Shown here: one piece after another, positions 28,180-39,943 of the stretch | How positions within the stretch are numbered: position 1 is the stretch's first letter | How the letters are laid out: each line of letters opens with the position of its first letter | NCBI GenBank assembly: GCA_020725385.1 | Contig: DYFC01000013.1 | Location: 1 to 58,683 of the forward strand | Length of the DNA stretch: 58,683 nucleotides | Origin: Nitrospira japonica | Lineage (GTDB): Bacteria; Nitrospirota; Thermodesulfovibrionia; Thermodesulfovibrionales; SM23-35 | Reading direction: 5' to 3' | Made by a program: the position numbers and the translations under genes | The notes under the pieces: model-generated | The model's database searches: none | What the model saw: the letters and a program-made list of their open reading frames with translations, nothing else | Told to the model about the DNA's origin: nothing

Positions 28180-29712
28180 GTGCGCTCTTTTTTAAAGTTT
28201 ATCTCCTGCAAAGGAATTATAATGGTAACGCATGTTCCCATATCTTTGCCTGATTGTATTTTTAATGAGCCGCCGAGATATTCTATTCTTTCCCGGATGT
28301 TAAACAATCCAAAACTGATATTTTTATTTATCTTATCAGAGAGATCTGAAATATCAAAACCTTTGCCACGATCCTTAACTCTAACGAGAATTCTTTTTTT
28401 ATTTATATGTATTTTAACCGATGCTTTTTTAATGTGTGCATGTTTAACTACATTCCTGAGAAGCTCGCGTAATGATTGAAAAAGGACTATTTTAATGTCT
28501 TCGCTAAGGGGAATTGACTTAATATTACTGCTTATCTTAAGAGTGAGTCCATATTTTGTCCGGAATTTCTCAGCGAGCCAGTTAACCGCTGCATCGAATC
28601 CAAGTTCATAAAGTATGGGGGGACTAAGCTCGAATGTTAAGGTGCGTGAGCATAATATTGCTTCATCGATAAGCTTGGTTAATAAAGAAAGTTCTTTCTT
28701 ATGAGGACATCGATACGCAGAAGACTGAATCTCGCCTATTTTCATCTTGATTACAGCAAGGGTATGACTTATGTTGTCGTGTATTTCACCTGCAATTCGC
28801 CTGCGTTCCTTTTCTTCTGCCATTGCAAGTGAAGATGTAAGGGCTTTTAATTGTGACTGGTACCTAAAAATCTCTTCTTCACGCTTTTTAGGCTCTGTTA
28901 TATCAATCGCTCCTGTAATGATATATTTTTTTTTCTCCTATTGTTAGTATGTCGGAGTATATTAGATGTTTAAGAGGCTTTCCCGATTTAGTCTGGGCGG
29001 ATACTTCCATGTTATAAATGTGTTTTTTCTTTCTTAATTTATCGATAAAATATTTTCTTCTTTTGCAGCTTTTCCATATAATGTCCTTGGATGAACGGCC
29101 AATAAGTTCTTTTCTGCTGTATTCAAATAATTTTAGGAAAGCCTTGTTAACGTCAATAAAAATACCATTTTCAAAGTCCGTGATCGCAATCGGGAGTGGC
29201 ATCATTTGAAATATCTTTACAAACTTTTTTTCGGAGTAACGCATAGCTTCTTCTGCCATTTTTTGATTTGTGATATCACGTGCAATTGACTGGAATTCAA
29301 CCAGACGTCCCTTTCTATCTTTGATAGGAACATTATTCCATTGTAACCATCTTGTTGAACCATCCGCTCTTTTAACTTTATTTTCACGGGTTATTATTTT
29401 AGGATGTATGGAAAGATGTTTGTAGAATTCAATTACTTTTTTACTGTCTGTGTTTCCGGATAACAGTGATGTCCACTTTTTCCCGACAAGCTCCTGCTTT
29501 TTTTTGCCAAAAAATTTTGAGTACGCATTATTTACATAGGTAATCGTTGTATCGGGTAGCCATTTGCAAATTGGCTCGGGTTGTGTTTCTATCATGGTTC
29601 GATATTTTTGTTCACTTTCTTTCAATATTGAGAGCCTGGTTCGCAAAATATCCAGATCTTTAATTAGTTTTTCAATATGTTTCTGTCCGTGCTTCATAAT
29701 ATACTTTATCAT
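28176..29712 (-). pseudogene. PAS-PAS-HisKA_3 histidine kinase split by one extra base in an A9 tract
   Basis: ORFs 28903-29712 (two PAS) and 28176-28823 (ERRRIAGEIHD, DRGKGF, FGLFNIRER) join in frame if one T of the T9 run at 28926-28934 is removed. Confidence 0.85.
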
Positions 29713-29771
29713 TTTTATCCGTTTGATTCATATCAAAGCTTAAAAAAGACTCAGGAAATTAGCAAATGTAA

Positions 29772-29790
29772 AATCAGGAATATCCTGATT
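29772..29790. promoter_or_regulatory. palindromic operator, copy 2
   Basis: AATCAGGA-ATA-TCCTGATT in the divergent kinase/regulator promoter; extra TCAGGA half-site at 29751. Confidence 0.65.
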
Positions 29791-29854
29791 GTTATTATGC
29801 AGGCATATTAATTAAGATAAAAACAATTTAAAATTAATTCTTTTATCAAAAAAT

Positions 29855-30496
29855 ATGACGAAGATCCTCATTGCCGATGACCACAAACTTTTCCGTGAAG
29901 GCCTAAAAGCCTTAATTGAGAAAAATCCTGAAATGCAGGTAATTGCCGAGGCAGGGGATGGAAGAACAGCGGTGAAACTGGCGCGCGAATTAAAGCCGGA
30001 TGTAGTTTTCATGGATATTTCAATGCCCGGGCTTAACGGGATTGAAGCAACAAGGCAAATAATAAGCGAAGTGCCGTCTGTGAAAATTATAGCTCTATCA
30101 ATGTATTCAAACAAAAATTTTGTTGTTGAGGTAATAAAGGCAGGAGCTTCAGGTTATATACTCAAAGATTGCCCTTTTACCGAATTAATAGATGCCATAA
30201 ATTCTGTTGCCAGGAATAAGACATATCTTAGCGATCTGGTTACGGATGTAGTTGTAAAAAATTTTATACGGGGTTCCGGAAAGGAAGAATCAATATTTGG
30301 AGTTCTTACTTCCCGGGAAAAAGAAGTGCTTCAGCTTATTGCCGAAGGGAAAAATACGAAAGAGATAGCCAGTATCCTTTATTTAAGCACAAAGACTGTT
30401 GAGACATACAGAAAGCGTATCATGATAAAACTTAATATCTTCAATATCGCTGGATTAACTAAATATGCTATTAAAGAAGGTATTACTCCTGTATGA
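29855..30496 (+). CDS. NarL/LuxR family response regulator (paralogue)
   Basis: IADDH..MDISMP, LTSREKEVL..LSTKTVET. Confidence 0.95.
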   Translation: MTKILIADDHKLFREGLKALIEKNPEMQVIAEAGDGRTAVKLARELKPDVVFMDISMPGLNGIEATRQIISEVPSVKIIALSMYSNKNFVVEVIKAGASGYILKDCPFTELIDAINSVARNKTYLSDLVTDVVVKNFIRGSGKEESIFGVLTSREKEVLQLIAEGKNTKEIASILYLSTKTVETYRKRIMIKLNIFNIAGLTKYAIKEGITPV

Positions 30497-30517
30497 TCGG
30501 GGCGCTTTAAAAACTTT

Positions 30518-30550
30518 CTGGTTCCTCTGGTCAAGCCAGAGAATGACAGT
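30518..30550. repeat. REP-like palindromic unit
   Basis: CTCTGG-TCAAG-CCAGAG hairpin followed by AATGACA, the same end as the 15364 unit. Confidence 0.5.
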
Positions 30551-30747
30551 TTGAGAGGTTGCTTTCTACTCTTTTCATTTCAGTTTAATAAAGGTCTGAT
30601 TTAATCGAGATAATTTTATAACGAAACTCACCTTTAGTTTTTCTTAACCCCTCAGGATTTTCGTAAGTGAAAATCAGTTTCCTCCCTATATATCTTTTTT
30701 TGTTTTTTTACGATGAATAAATCAACAGGAAAAGAAAGGAGGTGCAC

Positions 30748-31197
30748 ATGAATACAGCATCCGTCAATAAAGAGGTTTTGCAGCTTGTATCTTTTAATCT
30801 CGGACAGGAAGAATATGCTGTGGATATACTCAAAGTTCAGGAAATCAATCGCCTTGTGGATATAACATCCATGCCAAATTCACCTTTTTATATGGAAGGT
30901 GTAATCAATCTCAGAGGAAAAGTAATACCTGTAATTAACCTCAGAAAAAAATTTGGACTCGAAAATAGGGAAATGGATTCACATTCAAGAATAATCGTTG
31001 TAGATGTAGGAGAGACTATAGGCTTAATAGTGGATTCCGTATCCGAGGTTTTAAGACTGTCTTCCGATACAGTTGAGCCGGCCCCCGAGATGATAACATC
31101 CGAATGCTCTTCGGAATATATAAAAGGAGTTGGTAAGCTCGAAGACAGACTTTTAATTTTACTTGATATTGAAAAGCTCCTGAATAGCAAGAATTAA
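30748..31197 (+). CDS. cheW: chemotaxis coupling protein CheW
   Basis: QLVSFNLG.EEYAVDILKVQEI, GVINLRGKVIPV; AGGAGG 5 nt before ATG 30748. Confidence 0.96.
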   Translation: MNTASVNKEVLQLVSFNLGQEEYAVDILKVQEINRLVDITSMPNSPFYMEGVINLRGKVIPVINLRKKFGLENREMDSHSRIIVVDVGETIGLIVDSVSEVLRLSSDTVEPAPEMITSECSSEYIKGVGKLEDRLLILLDIEKLLNSKN

Positions 31198-31237
31198 CTT
31201 CAGGGGGAGTGAAAATAATTAAACGGAGGTATTTTAA

Positions 31238-32869
31238 ATGCTTAAAAATATGACAGTTAAAATGCAATTGAGCGCTGGTTTTGGAATAGTAATTGTTATG
31301 CTTCTTATAATATCGGCTATATCAGTTTTGGGATTAAGATCGCTGGATAACGATATAAACATAGTGGTTGACGATAGATGGCCAAAAACAGTTTGGGCTA
31401 ACGACATTATTGCCAATATCAATATTGTAGCAAGGGCTTTGCGAAATGCTATTTTACAGGATGACAGGACTGAAATTCAGAAGGAAATCGGAAGAATAGG
31501 GGAATCAAGAGAAAAAATTACAGGTGATATTGAAAGTCTTCAAAAAACTGTGAAATCTGAACAGGGCAAAGAACTGATGAAAAAAATAACAGAAACAAGA
31601 AACGCATATCTACAGGAACAGAATGCAGTAATTAACGCAATTAATAATAATAAGAAAGAAGATGCAAAGAAGTTGCTTTTTTCCAGATTGAGACCTGTGC
31701 AGGCAACATATATACAGGCTGTTGAGGATTTAATTAAGTATCAGGGTTCATTGATGGAAGAAGCCGGAAAATCGACGACTAAAGATGCGCACAAACTTAC
31801 TGTTATTATTCTTGTTCTCGCAGTTGTAGCAATTATTATTGCTACAGGTGTTTCGTTAATGATAACGAGAAAATTAATGAGACAACTTGGAGGCGAGCCC
31901 CATGTTATTTCAGAGATTGCAAAAAAGGTAGCAGATGGTGATTTAACGATTAATTTTGGTTCGGAAAGTAAAGAACTGACGGGCATATATGCTGCGATGA
32001 AGAATATGACGGATAAACTTAAAGAGATTGTAGCGAAGGTAAAATCTTCATCGGATAATATGGCGTCGGCAAGTCATGAACTTTCTGCAAGCGCCGAACA
32101 AATGTCGAGAGGAGTTACAGAGCAGGCTGGAAGAGCATCACAGATTGCGACTGCTGCTAATGAAATGTCACAGACAGTTGTGGACATAGCAAAAAATTCT
32201 TCCAATATCTCATCTTCTGCCGGCCATACAGCAAAGATTGCGGATGAAGGAAGGCAGATTGTTACAAAATCAGTAGAAGAAGTTAAGGCAATAGCAGAAA
32301 CTGTAAATGAATCTGCAAAATTAATGTTTTCTCTTGGTGAGCGTTCAAAACAGATTGGAGAGATTGTAAATGTGATTAAAGATATAGCAGACCAGACTAA
32401 TCTGCTTGCCCTAAATGCAGCTATAGAGGCTGCTAGAGCAGGAGAACAGGGCAGAGGATTTGCTGTTGTAGCTGACGAGGTTAGAAAATTGGCTGAGAGG
32501 ACCGCAAAAGCAACATCAGAGATAAGCAATATGATCGGTTCGATTCAGGAGGAAATGGACAAGGCGGTTGTCTCGATGGAAGATGGAACGAAAAGAGTTG
32601 AAATAGGTGTCGAATTCTCGGCGCAAGCTGGAGAATCTCTCGGTAAAATTGTCGAAAGTGTTGGCGAATTGCAGACCATGATCCAGCAGATAGCAACTGC
32701 TACAGAAGAAATGTCAACTGCATCAGAGCAGATTAGCGGTGATATTGAAACAATTGCAAATGTATCAAAAGAAACATCTGTAAGTTCGGAACAGGTCTCA
32801 CAGGCATCATCGGATCTTTCAAGACTCGCGGGTGATTTACAGAAAGTAGTCGGGATGTTCAGAATGTAA
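31238..32869 (+). CDS. methyl-accepting chemotaxis protein (four-helix-bundle sensor)
   Basis: two TM helices, [38 protein letters not shown]. Confidence 0.96.
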   Translation: MLKNMTVKMQLSAGFGIVIVMLLIISAISVLGLRSLDNDINIVVDDRWPKTVWANDIIANINIVARALRNAILQDDRTEIQKEIGRIGESREKITGDIESLQKTVKSEQGKELMKKITETRNAYLQEQNAVINAINNNKKEDAKKLLFSRLRPVQATYIQAVEDLIKYQGSLMEEAGKSTTKDAHKLTVIILVLAVVAIIIATGVSLMITRKLMRQLGGEPHVISEIAKKVADGDLTINFGSESKELTGIYAAMKNMTDKLKEIVAKVKSSSDNMASASHELSASAEQMSRGVTEQAGRASQIATAANEMSQTVVDIAKNSSNISSSAGHTAKIADEGRQIVTKSVEEVKAIAETVNESAKLMFSLGERSKQIGEIVNVIKDIADQTNLLALNAAIEAARAGEQGRGFAVVADEVRKLAERTAKATSEISNMIGSIQEEMDKAVVSMEDGTKRVEIGVEFSAQAGESLGKIVESVGELQTMIQQIATATEEMSTASEQISGDIETIANVSKETSVSSEQVSQASSDLSRLAGDLQKVVGMFRM

Positions 32870-32936
32870 ATAGTGCAAGAGTTACTGAAGATTTAATATA
32901 TGGATGATTATTAAGGCTACTCATGGTCAGGTTTTT

Positions 32937-32963
32937 GTAAGGGCACGTTTCAACGTGCCCTTA
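32937..32963. terminator. palindrome between convergent genes (terminator or GTAG-type REP-like unit)
   Basis: TAAGGGCACGTT-TC-AACGTGCCCTTA. Confidence 0.6.
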
Positions 32964-34511
32964 TTATTTAATAAAAACTGCATATACATCAAGTTCCTCC
33001 TGCCCCTCCCTATTTTTAATTTTAAAGTAGCTGCTTTTATCCCCGGATATTTTGAGAATTTTATCAAAAAAATCGGGTGATGTAATTATTACTTTTGTAT
33101 TGGTCAAATGTACGGGAATATCATCTTTCTGTGTAATCAATTTATTGTAATAAAAACTTAGTTTTTTTCTAACTTCAGGATCGGTTTTATAAAGAAGGAT
33201 TTCATCTGCTTCTATGTTCTTATCTTTTAATAAATTATAGAGCTTAAGATTATGAGACAATTGTGAATTAAATGATGTTCTTATGATATCTATTGAAAGA
33301 AATCCGATTATACATAAAATACATATAAAAATAATAATATCTCTCCATTTTAAATATGCATAAAGAACTAAAATAAGACCAATAATTGCAAGAATAAGGG
33401 TATTTGGCAAAAGTTCTTTTTTATAAATAGTCCAAATTAATGGAGTAATACTAATTAGAATACCGGAGATGAAAGCAAATAAAGAACCATACTTTTTAGT
33501 TTTATCATTAATATTTCTGAATGAAATTTTCTGTATTGTCCATGCTGTAATAAAAGAACATGGGATAAAAATCGGTAAAAGGTAACGGGCATTTTTTGCA
33601 GAAGTTAAGTGTATGACAAAAAAGTAAACTGTGAACCATATAATAGAAAAAACCAAACCACTATTTCTATCTAATTCTTTTCTCGATTTCCAGAGAAACG
33701 GAATTGTGATGGTTGTAAAAATAATAACAGGGAAAAAATTCAAAGGAAAAGCATAAAAATAATAAAGGAAGTTTTCCCTCCTTGTCATAATCTTTGATGT
33801 CTTTAACAAATAAATATATTCATCAAATTTGTTATGGTTTAGAAGAAGTAAAATACATGGCATTACTGTCAAAATGAAAACCATAAAAGTAAAAATCAGG
33901 ATTTTAACTCCAGCATTTCGCCAGTTTTTATTTATTACAAGAAATACGAATGCTATTAAGAGTGTAAGAAATGCTACAGGACCTTTATTAAGAAAGGCCA
34001 TGCCAGTAAAAAACCAGAACAATGAATATAGCAATACCTTTTTTCGCTTTGTGGAGATAAAGCCTCCATAAAATGCTATTAGTGACAAGGAAAATAAGAC
34101 TGAAAATTCTATATCCATACGGGCTGTTCTTGCATAGTTTATATACGCATAATTTGAAAGAAGGAAAAAGGCAGAATAAATTGCTGTTTTCTGATTAGCC
34201 TTATCAGCGATATAACTGAAAAATAAGATACCTGCAACTCCAATAATAGCAAAAAGGGCTGAAGGAAATCTTGCTCCAAAGGCATTAACACCGAATATTT
34301 TATACGAGAGAGCCATATTCCAAAAATGAAGTGGTGGCTTATCAACATATACTTCACCCGATAAATGCATTATTATCCAGTCACCTGTTTCAAGAATCTC
34401 TCTTCCAACTTCAGCTAAACGGATATTATCCTGATTTTCGAGGGTTCTTCCACCAAGATTGAATAAGAAAACAAAGACAGTGAAAAATAGGACAAGGAAA
34501 ATTTTATTCAA
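32964..34511 (-). CDS. ArnT/PMT-like GT-C membrane glycosyltransferase
   Basis: multiple TM helices; REILETGDW..DKPPL, ARFPSA, KGPVA, RYLLP. Confidence 0.85.
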   Translation of the reverse strand: MNKIFLVLFFTVFVFLFNLGGRTLENQDNIRLAEVGREILETGDWIIMHLSGEVYVDKPPLHFWNMALSYKIFGVNAFGARFPSALFAIIGVAGILFFSYIADKANQKTAIYSAFFLLSNYAYINYARTARMDIEFSVLFSLSLIAFYGGFISTKRKKVLLYSLFWFFTGMAFLNKGPVAFLTLLIAFVFLVINKNWRNAGVKILIFTFMVFILTVMPCILLLLNHNKFDEYIYLLKTSKIMTRRENFLYYFYAFPLNFFPVIIFTTITIPFLWKSRKELDRNSGLVFSIIWFTVYFFVIHLTSAKNARYLLPIFIPCSFITAWTIQKISFRNINDKTKKYGSLFAFISGILISITPLIWTIYKKELLPNTLILAIIGLILVLYAYLKWRDIIIFICILCIIGFLSIDIIRTSFNSQLSHNLKLYNLLKDKNIEADEILLYKTDPEVRKKLSFYYNKLITQKDDIPVHLTNTKVIITSPDFFDKILKISGDKSSYFKIKNREGQEELDVYAVFIK

Positions 34512-34578
34512 ATATGTAACTCCTCTAAATAGTATCTTTCTATAGTTTTTTTATCTTATAATAATTTATTATTTTATA

Positions 34579-36243
34579 ATGTCAACCTATATATTTACAG
34601 ATAAAAATAATACACTCAAAGATGTTAGTCTCTTAATTTTCATTACACTGGTTGCTTATCTGCCTTTTCTTGGCTTGCCTGCATGGGAAGGCAATGAAAC
34701 AATAAGGGTGATAATTGCAAAAGAGATGACGCAGACAGGCAACTGGATAATGCCAATTTTGCACGGTAAAGCATATTTTGCAAAGCCACCATTGATGAAC
34801 TGGCTTATTGCTGCAAGCGGCAGTTTGTTCGGTACAATTAATGAATGGACAAGCCGTTTACCTTCAGTAATTATGATATTTTTCACAGGTATTTCTGTAT
34901 ATTTCGGTACTCAAAGATGGTTAAGCAGAGAAGCACGTCTTTTTGCTGCCATAATGACCCTTACAATGATAGGACTTCTAAAAAAAGGTAGGGAAGCAGA
35001 AATAGAAAGCCTTCACATATTTGTTATTACATCGATATTACTTGTCTGGATTAATGGATATTTAAGACAATGGAAACCTATTTTATTATGGGGAGTTTCT
35101 TTATTCCTTGTAGGAATCGGTTTTCTTTCGAAAGGACCACAGGTTCTTATGTTTTTTTATATGACGATTATCCCGTATCTTATATACAGAAAAAAAACGT
35201 CATTACTATTCTCTAAAGGTCATATCTTTGGTTTGTTAGTTCTTTTAATGGTTTTATCTGCTTATATTTTATCTATACTCCAATGGACTACTCTGGATTA
35301 TTATATAAACAGGTGGTTAAATGAAGGAATGTCGAGGGCTGAAAGCAAAGAGACCTTTTCGTTCTTTACCCATCTAATTGAGTATCCTTTCGAAGGTATG
35401 GCTTCCTTTATGCCATGCATCCTCTTTTTATTTCCTTTAATCAATAAAGAGTTACGGCATGAAATAAAAAATAATATTTCAAATGAATTATTAGTTTTTT
35501 GTATTGTTCTATTGCTCGCAAATTTCCCTTTGTACTGGTTGCTCCCCAATATGCGTTTTAGATATTTTCTGCCAGCGGGTCCTTTTTTTGCAATTTCAGC
35601 AGGTGTAATTTTTGAATGGTACTTAAAAAATTATAAAACTTTTCCCATAATTGAATCTTTCAAAAACAAACTCTTGAAAATTGTTTCAACCTTTGCAATT
35701 ATTATGTCAATTGCAACTGTACCACTAATAACTACTCTAAAATTAAGTTTTACTATACCATTGATAATCCTTTTATTGTTAGTAATATGTTTTAGCTTGT
35801 TTGTTTTCATTAAGGCTCATTTTATATCTTTAAAACAAACTCCAGTTTATATAGTATCAATAACAGTTCTTTTATTTCTTATTTATACAGATGCTGAAAT
35901 ACAATATAAAAATATGGATGAAACGAATCAAAGAACTGTTGCACGTGAAATAAATCTTATATTACCAAAAGATATTGATACAGTATATGAAATCGGATAT
36001 AGAAGGTTTCTCGGTATCACCAGTTATATTGACAGAAAAGTATTGCAGCTTGATTATTTTTCGGACCTTAAAGATATTCAAAAGAATAGCGGGAAAGTCT
36101 GTTTCATTTTCGATACCGAATATATGAAACGTATGGAAAAGAAAGAAAAGGAATTTTTCTTAAATAAAGTAAGCTGGCAAAAAATTTATTCTAAAAACAT
36201 TAAAAAAAGTAGAGGAGAAATAGTTGTAGGATTGCTTGAATAA
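34579..36243 (+). CDS. ArnT/PMT-like GT-C membrane glycosyltransferase
   Basis: [26 protein letters not shown]. Confidence 0.85.
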   Translation: MSTYIFTDKNNTLKDVSLLIFITLVAYLPFLGLPAWEGNETIRVIIAKEMTQTGNWIMPILHGKAYFAKPPLMNWLIAASGSLFGTINEWTSRLPSVIMIFFTGISVYFGTQRWLSREARLFAAIMTLTMIGLLKKGREAEIESLHIFVITSILLVWINGYLRQWKPILLWGVSLFLVGIGFLSKGPQVLMFFYMTIIPYLIYRKKTSLLFSKGHIFGLLVLLMVLSAYILSILQWTTLDYYINRWLNEGMSRAESKETFSFFTHLIEYPFEGMASFMPCILFLFPLINKELRHEIKNNISNELLVFCIVLLLANFPLYWLLPNMRFRYFLPAGPFFAISAGVIFEWYLKNYKTFPIIESFKNKLLKIVSTFAIIMSIATVPLITTLKLSFTIPLIILLLLVICFSLFVFIKAHFISLKQTPVYIVSITVLLFLIYTDAEIQYKNMDETNQRTVAREINLILPKDIDTVYEIGYRRFLGITSYIDRKVLQLDYFSDLKDIQKNSGKVCFIFDTEYMKRMEKKEKEFFLNKVSWQKIYSKNIKKSRGEIVVGLLE

Positions 36244-36244
36244 T

Positions 36245-37057
36245 ATGATTGAATTGTTTCAGAACTTTCATCCTGTTTTGCAGGCTTTTACCGCAACATG
36301 TTTTACATGGGGTCTAACTGCATTAGGAGCAGCAGGTGTCTTTTTAACAAAAGAATTAAATAAAAAGATGCTTGATGGAATGCTCGGTTTTGCTGCCGGT
36401 GTTATGATTGCAGCAAGTTTCTGGTCGTTACTGTCGCCAGCCATTGAAATGGCTGAAGGAAAAACAATTCCTTCATGGGTTCCTGCATTAGTTGGTTTTA
36501 TTTTAGGTGGTATATGTTTACGTTTCATTGATATTTTGCTTCCGCATTTACATCTCGGGCTTCCAATCGAAGAAGCAGAAGGAATCAAAACAGGATGGAA
36601 GCGCAGTACCCTTCTTATTCTCGCAATAACTTTACATAACATTCCAGAAGGACTCGCAGTCGGGGTAGCTTTTGGTGCAGTTGCTGCTAATATTCCTTCT
36701 GCTTCATTGACCGGAGCTATTGCACTTGCTATTGGAATTGGCATTCAAAATTTTCCTGAGGGTCTTGCTGTCTCATTACCTTTGCGTCGTGAAGGATTAT
36801 CAAGTCTAAAAAGTTTCTGGTACGGGCAACTGTCCGGAATTGTTGAACCTATCGCGGGGATTATCGGAGCAGTAGCTGTAATTATTGCCCAACCAATACT
36901 TCCATATGCGCTTTCTTTTGCGGCAGGTGCAATGATTTTCGTTGTTGTTGAAGAGTTAATTCCCGAATCCCAACGAGGAGGCAATACAGATTTAGCAACA
37001 GCCGGTGCAATGATAGGGTTTGCTGTAATGATGGTTCTTGATGTTGCATTTAGCTAA
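36245..37057 (+). CDS. ZIP family metal transporter (ZupT/GufA-like)
   Basis: [11 protein letters not shown] and [11 protein letters not shown] motifs. Confidence 0.93.
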   Translation: MIELFQNFHPVLQAFTATCFTWGLTALGAAGVFLTKELNKKMLDGMLGFAAGVMIAASFWSLLSPAIEMAEGKTIPSWVPALVGFILGGICLRFIDILLPHLHLGLPIEEAEGIKTGWKRSTLLILAITLHNIPEGLAVGVAFGAVAANIPSASLTGAIALAIGIGIQNFPEGLAVSLPLRREGLSSLKSFWYGQLSGIVEPIAGIIGAVAVIIAQPILPYALSFAAGAMIFVVVEELIPESQRGGNTDLATAGAMIGFAVMMVLDVAFS

Positions 37058-37839
37058 TCAACAAAAGTTAAGATGAATCTGTTTCTATTTAGGTTTATCC
37101 TGACAGGAGTTTCAAAGAAGCCCGATAAATTTTCATTTGTAAGAATATCTTTTTTCTCTCCCTGCAAATAGATTTCACCTTTTTTCAATAATAAAACGTG
37201 AGTAAAAACAGGAAGTATCTCTTCTATCCTGTGTGTAACATAAATAATAGTTGGTGACTTATCTTTTCTCGCTAAATGTTCAATATAAGAAAGCAGATAT
37301 TCCCGCCCGAAAATATCAAGTCCGCTTAATGGTTCATCAAATATAAGTATTTCGGGAGCATTAATAAGAGCACGTGCTATAAGAACTTTTTGCTTTTCTC
37401 CTTGTGAGAGTATGCAGTATGGTTTTTTCAATACTGAAAGGCTATCTAAAGATTCTAAAATTTTTTTAATATTTTTATGATCTTTAAAAGAAATTCGGTT
37501 ATATAAACCGATAGTTGCAAATTTGCCGCTTAAAATAATTTCTTCAGCCGTTTCGGTTGTGTAGAATTTTTCCTGTAAATAAGAACTTACCATTCCAATA
37601 GATTTTCTTAATTCTCTTATATCGTACTCACCGAAGTTCTTACCGAGCACACTGACCGTACCTTTTGATGGCCATATATAACCATTTATAAGATTTAACA
37701 AAGAAGTCTTTCCCGAACCATTAAGACCCAGAATTGCCCAGTGCTCACCCTGCTTAACAGTCCAGTTTATTTTTTTAAGAATATAACGGTTTCCATTTTT
37801 CCAGTAAACATTTTTCATATTGATAATTAAATCATCCAT
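37054..37839 (-). CDS. ABC ATPase (ModF/YlmA-like), no adjacent permease
   Basis: [26 protein letters not shown]. Confidence 0.9.
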   Translation of the reverse strand: MDDLIINMKNVYWKNGNRYILKKINWTVKQGEHWAILGLNGSGKTSLLNLINGYIWPSKGTVSVLGKNFGEYDIRELRKSIGMVSSYLQEKFYTTETAEEIILSGKFATIGLYNRISFKDHKNIKKILESLDSLSVLKKPYCILSQGEKQKVLIARALINAPEILIFDEPLSGLDIFGREYLLSYIEHLARKDKSPTIIYVTHRIEEILPVFTHVLLLKKGEIYLQGEKKDILTNENLSGFFETPVRINLNRNRFILTFVD

Positions 37840-38042
37840 TAAAATCCGGTTCCCTTTCGATTCATTTATATTGTATAGATTTTATAATGTTTCATTATTT
37901 AAAAATTATATTTCAAATTGCTTTCAGTCGGAGAGTATTATTTTGAATTTTCATATAATATTTTTTATTTGAGTATTTCTTTTTAAAAATATTATAATTA
38001 ATTACTTTATAAATTATCTATTAGAATTCTGGAGGTTTAAAA

Positions 38043-38231
38043 ATGAAAAAATATGTATGTACTGCGTGTGGATATATTTATGACCCTGCGGCAGGGGATC
38101 CGGATTCAGGAATAGCGCCGGGTACCCCTTTTGAAAGTCTACCCGATGACTGGGTATGTCCTGCCTGCGGTGCAGCAAAATCAATGTTTGTTGAAGAAGG
38201 TTCTGCTTATAAAGAACACGGGGTTCGATAA
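38043..38231 (+). CDS. rubredoxin
   Basis: [27 protein letters not shown]; GGAGG upstream. Confidence 0.97.
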   Translation: MKKYVCTACGYIYDPAAGDPDSGIAPGTPFESLPDDWVCPACGAAKSMFVEEGSAYKEHGVR

Positions 38232-38318
38232 AAATTAACTAAATTTTCTTAATAAGAGAAAAGGTATTTCCCCAAAGTGTATTTTATATGGAATTACAAT
38301 TAGATTTTTGATTTAGTC

Positions 38319-38921
38319 TTATCGTGCTTTTTTCATCATATTCATGCCACCTGGCATACCCGGGAAGTGTGGCATTTGCATCTTCTGATAACCTGCGGGT
38401 ATTTCGAAAAGATTATCGGGCTGGTTACCAATTTTTATGTTTCTAAGTTCATGTGACCATGACCCATCAATCGCTGAAGTTTTAACAGGCATATTTATAT
38501 CGGTTGCAACCCACTGATAAACCTGATGGGTTTCATTATCTGTTTTATAAGTAATAAGATATTTCTTGGTAGGATGTCCGTCTATTGTTTCACTGCCTAC
38601 CTGTTTTCTTTCTATCTCGCCTTCATATTTTTCTTCAACCTTTGGCCTGTGTTGCATGTTCAACGGCATTTCCATATATGTTTTCGTCTCAGGCATAAGA
38701 TTCCATGCAACCTTTTTATCGATTCTTGTAATAACAATCATGTTCATATCACCATGAGCCTGTGTCTCCATCCTGAATTTATCAGCTTTATAGAATAATT
38801 TACCTTTAGTTTGAAACTCTCCTTTTTGTGTTGTTATTGAATCCGCCGAGAATTCAAGAGCAAATGCGATTGATGATGCAAAAAGAATCAACAAAAGAAT
38901 TATTGATATTTTCTTAAACAC
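38319..38921 (-). CDS. secreted DUF4412-like protein
   Basis: signal peptide, EFSAD, GSETIDGHPTKKY, LFEIPAGY. Confidence 0.75.
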   Translation of the reverse strand: MFKKISIILLLILFASSIAFALEFSADSITTQKGEFQTKGKLFYKADKFRMETQAHGDMNMIVITRIDKKVAWNLMPETKTYMEMPLNMQHRPKVEEKYEGEIERKQVGSETIDGHPTKKYLITYKTDNETHQVYQWVATDINMPVKTSAIDGSWSHELRNIKIGNQPDNLFEIPAGYQKMQMPHFPGMPGGMNMMKKAR

Positions 38922-38944
38922 TTAGGCCTCCTAAAATTAAAGAT

Positions 38945-39140
38945 TTACTTGTTTGGTTTTGAGTATTTCATTTCAAACTCAAAACTCTTCATCGCCTTTA
39001 TATCAGAGTATTTTTCTTTTAGATGTTTTTCAACATCAGGTGAATAATAATAACATAGCAAGAAGTTCGGCTATTTTTTTTGCAGCTGCCGGTTCAAGTG
39101 CTTCCTTTAGTTCTTCATAAAATTCAAGTGTATCTATCAT
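38945..39140 (-). pseudogene. probable internally deleted gene remnant
   Basis: MIDTLEFYEELKEALEPAAAKKIAELL in one frame abuts ..YSPDVEKHLKEKYSDIKAMKSFEFEMKYSKPNK* in another; promoter-like signals upstream. Confidence 0.5.
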
Positions 39141-39219
39141 AGTTAAAAGTCTATCAATGAATAAAATATAAAGTCAATATAATAAATTTTTATAAAATTT
39201 AAAAGATTAACAATAAAAT

Positions 39220-39702
39220 TCAGGAACTAACAATTTCTATCAAAAGCTCCAATGCTTTAATAACAGCATTTTCTTTGTTTTGTCGTCTGTTACCCTTAAA
39301 TGTATATTCTTTTACAAATGTATGATTTCTTCTGCTCACAGCAATATATACAAGTCCTTTTTCTTTACCTTCAAGCACATCCGGACCAAGATTGCCAGTA
39401 GTTGAAACAGAAAAATCAGTTAAAGTGATTTTCCTAACTCTTTCTGCCATTTCTCTTGCAGTTTGATTGCTTACAACTCCAAATTTGTCAATTACTTTAG
39501 ATGGAATGTGCAGGAGTTTTTTTTTCATTTCCGCAGAATATACTACTAATCCTGCAATGAAAAATTCGCTTGCACCGGGAAATGAAGTAATATAGTGACT
39601 AATAAGGCCACCAGTGCATGATTCAGCAACAGATAATGTAAATCTTTTCTCCTTGAAAATATTATGAACTCTTATAATATGTTCAGAAATTATTTTATTC
39701 AT
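39220..39702 (-). CDS. CinA C-terminal domain protein (PncC-like NMN deamidase)
   Basis: AESCTGGL, GAS, GVVS, STTGNLGP, GLVYIA. Confidence 0.9.
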   Translation of the reverse strand: MNKIISEHIIRVHNIFKEKRFTLSVAESCTGGLISHYITSFPGASEFFIAGLVVYSAEMKKKLLHIPSKVIDKFGVVSNQTAREMAERVRKITLTDFSVSTTGNLGPDVLEGKEKGLVYIAVSRRNHTFVKEYTFKGNRRQNKENAVIKALELLIEIVSS

Positions 39703-39943
39703 TGTTTATAAAATAACATATTTCATTTTATAAATCTTCTTATAATGATTTTATAATGACTGAGAAATCCTCCTTATTCCCTTCATTTCCAAATGGCAAA
39801 GAAAGGATGGGTACCCGAAATAAAATATCTAAACAGTACAGGTTCTGATAAATGCAGAACTAAAATATAGTTGATATAATGTTATTGAGAAGCTATAAGA
39901 TTAATCCAGGTGCTGAATTTTTGGGTTAATAATATTTTAAGAA

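Noticed and set aside
37990-38030. PerR/Fur-like box before rubredoxin
   Set aside because: Only one half matches and the region is extremely AT-rich.
39764-39812. possible degenerate palindromic repeat
   Set aside because: Pairing is too poor to call.
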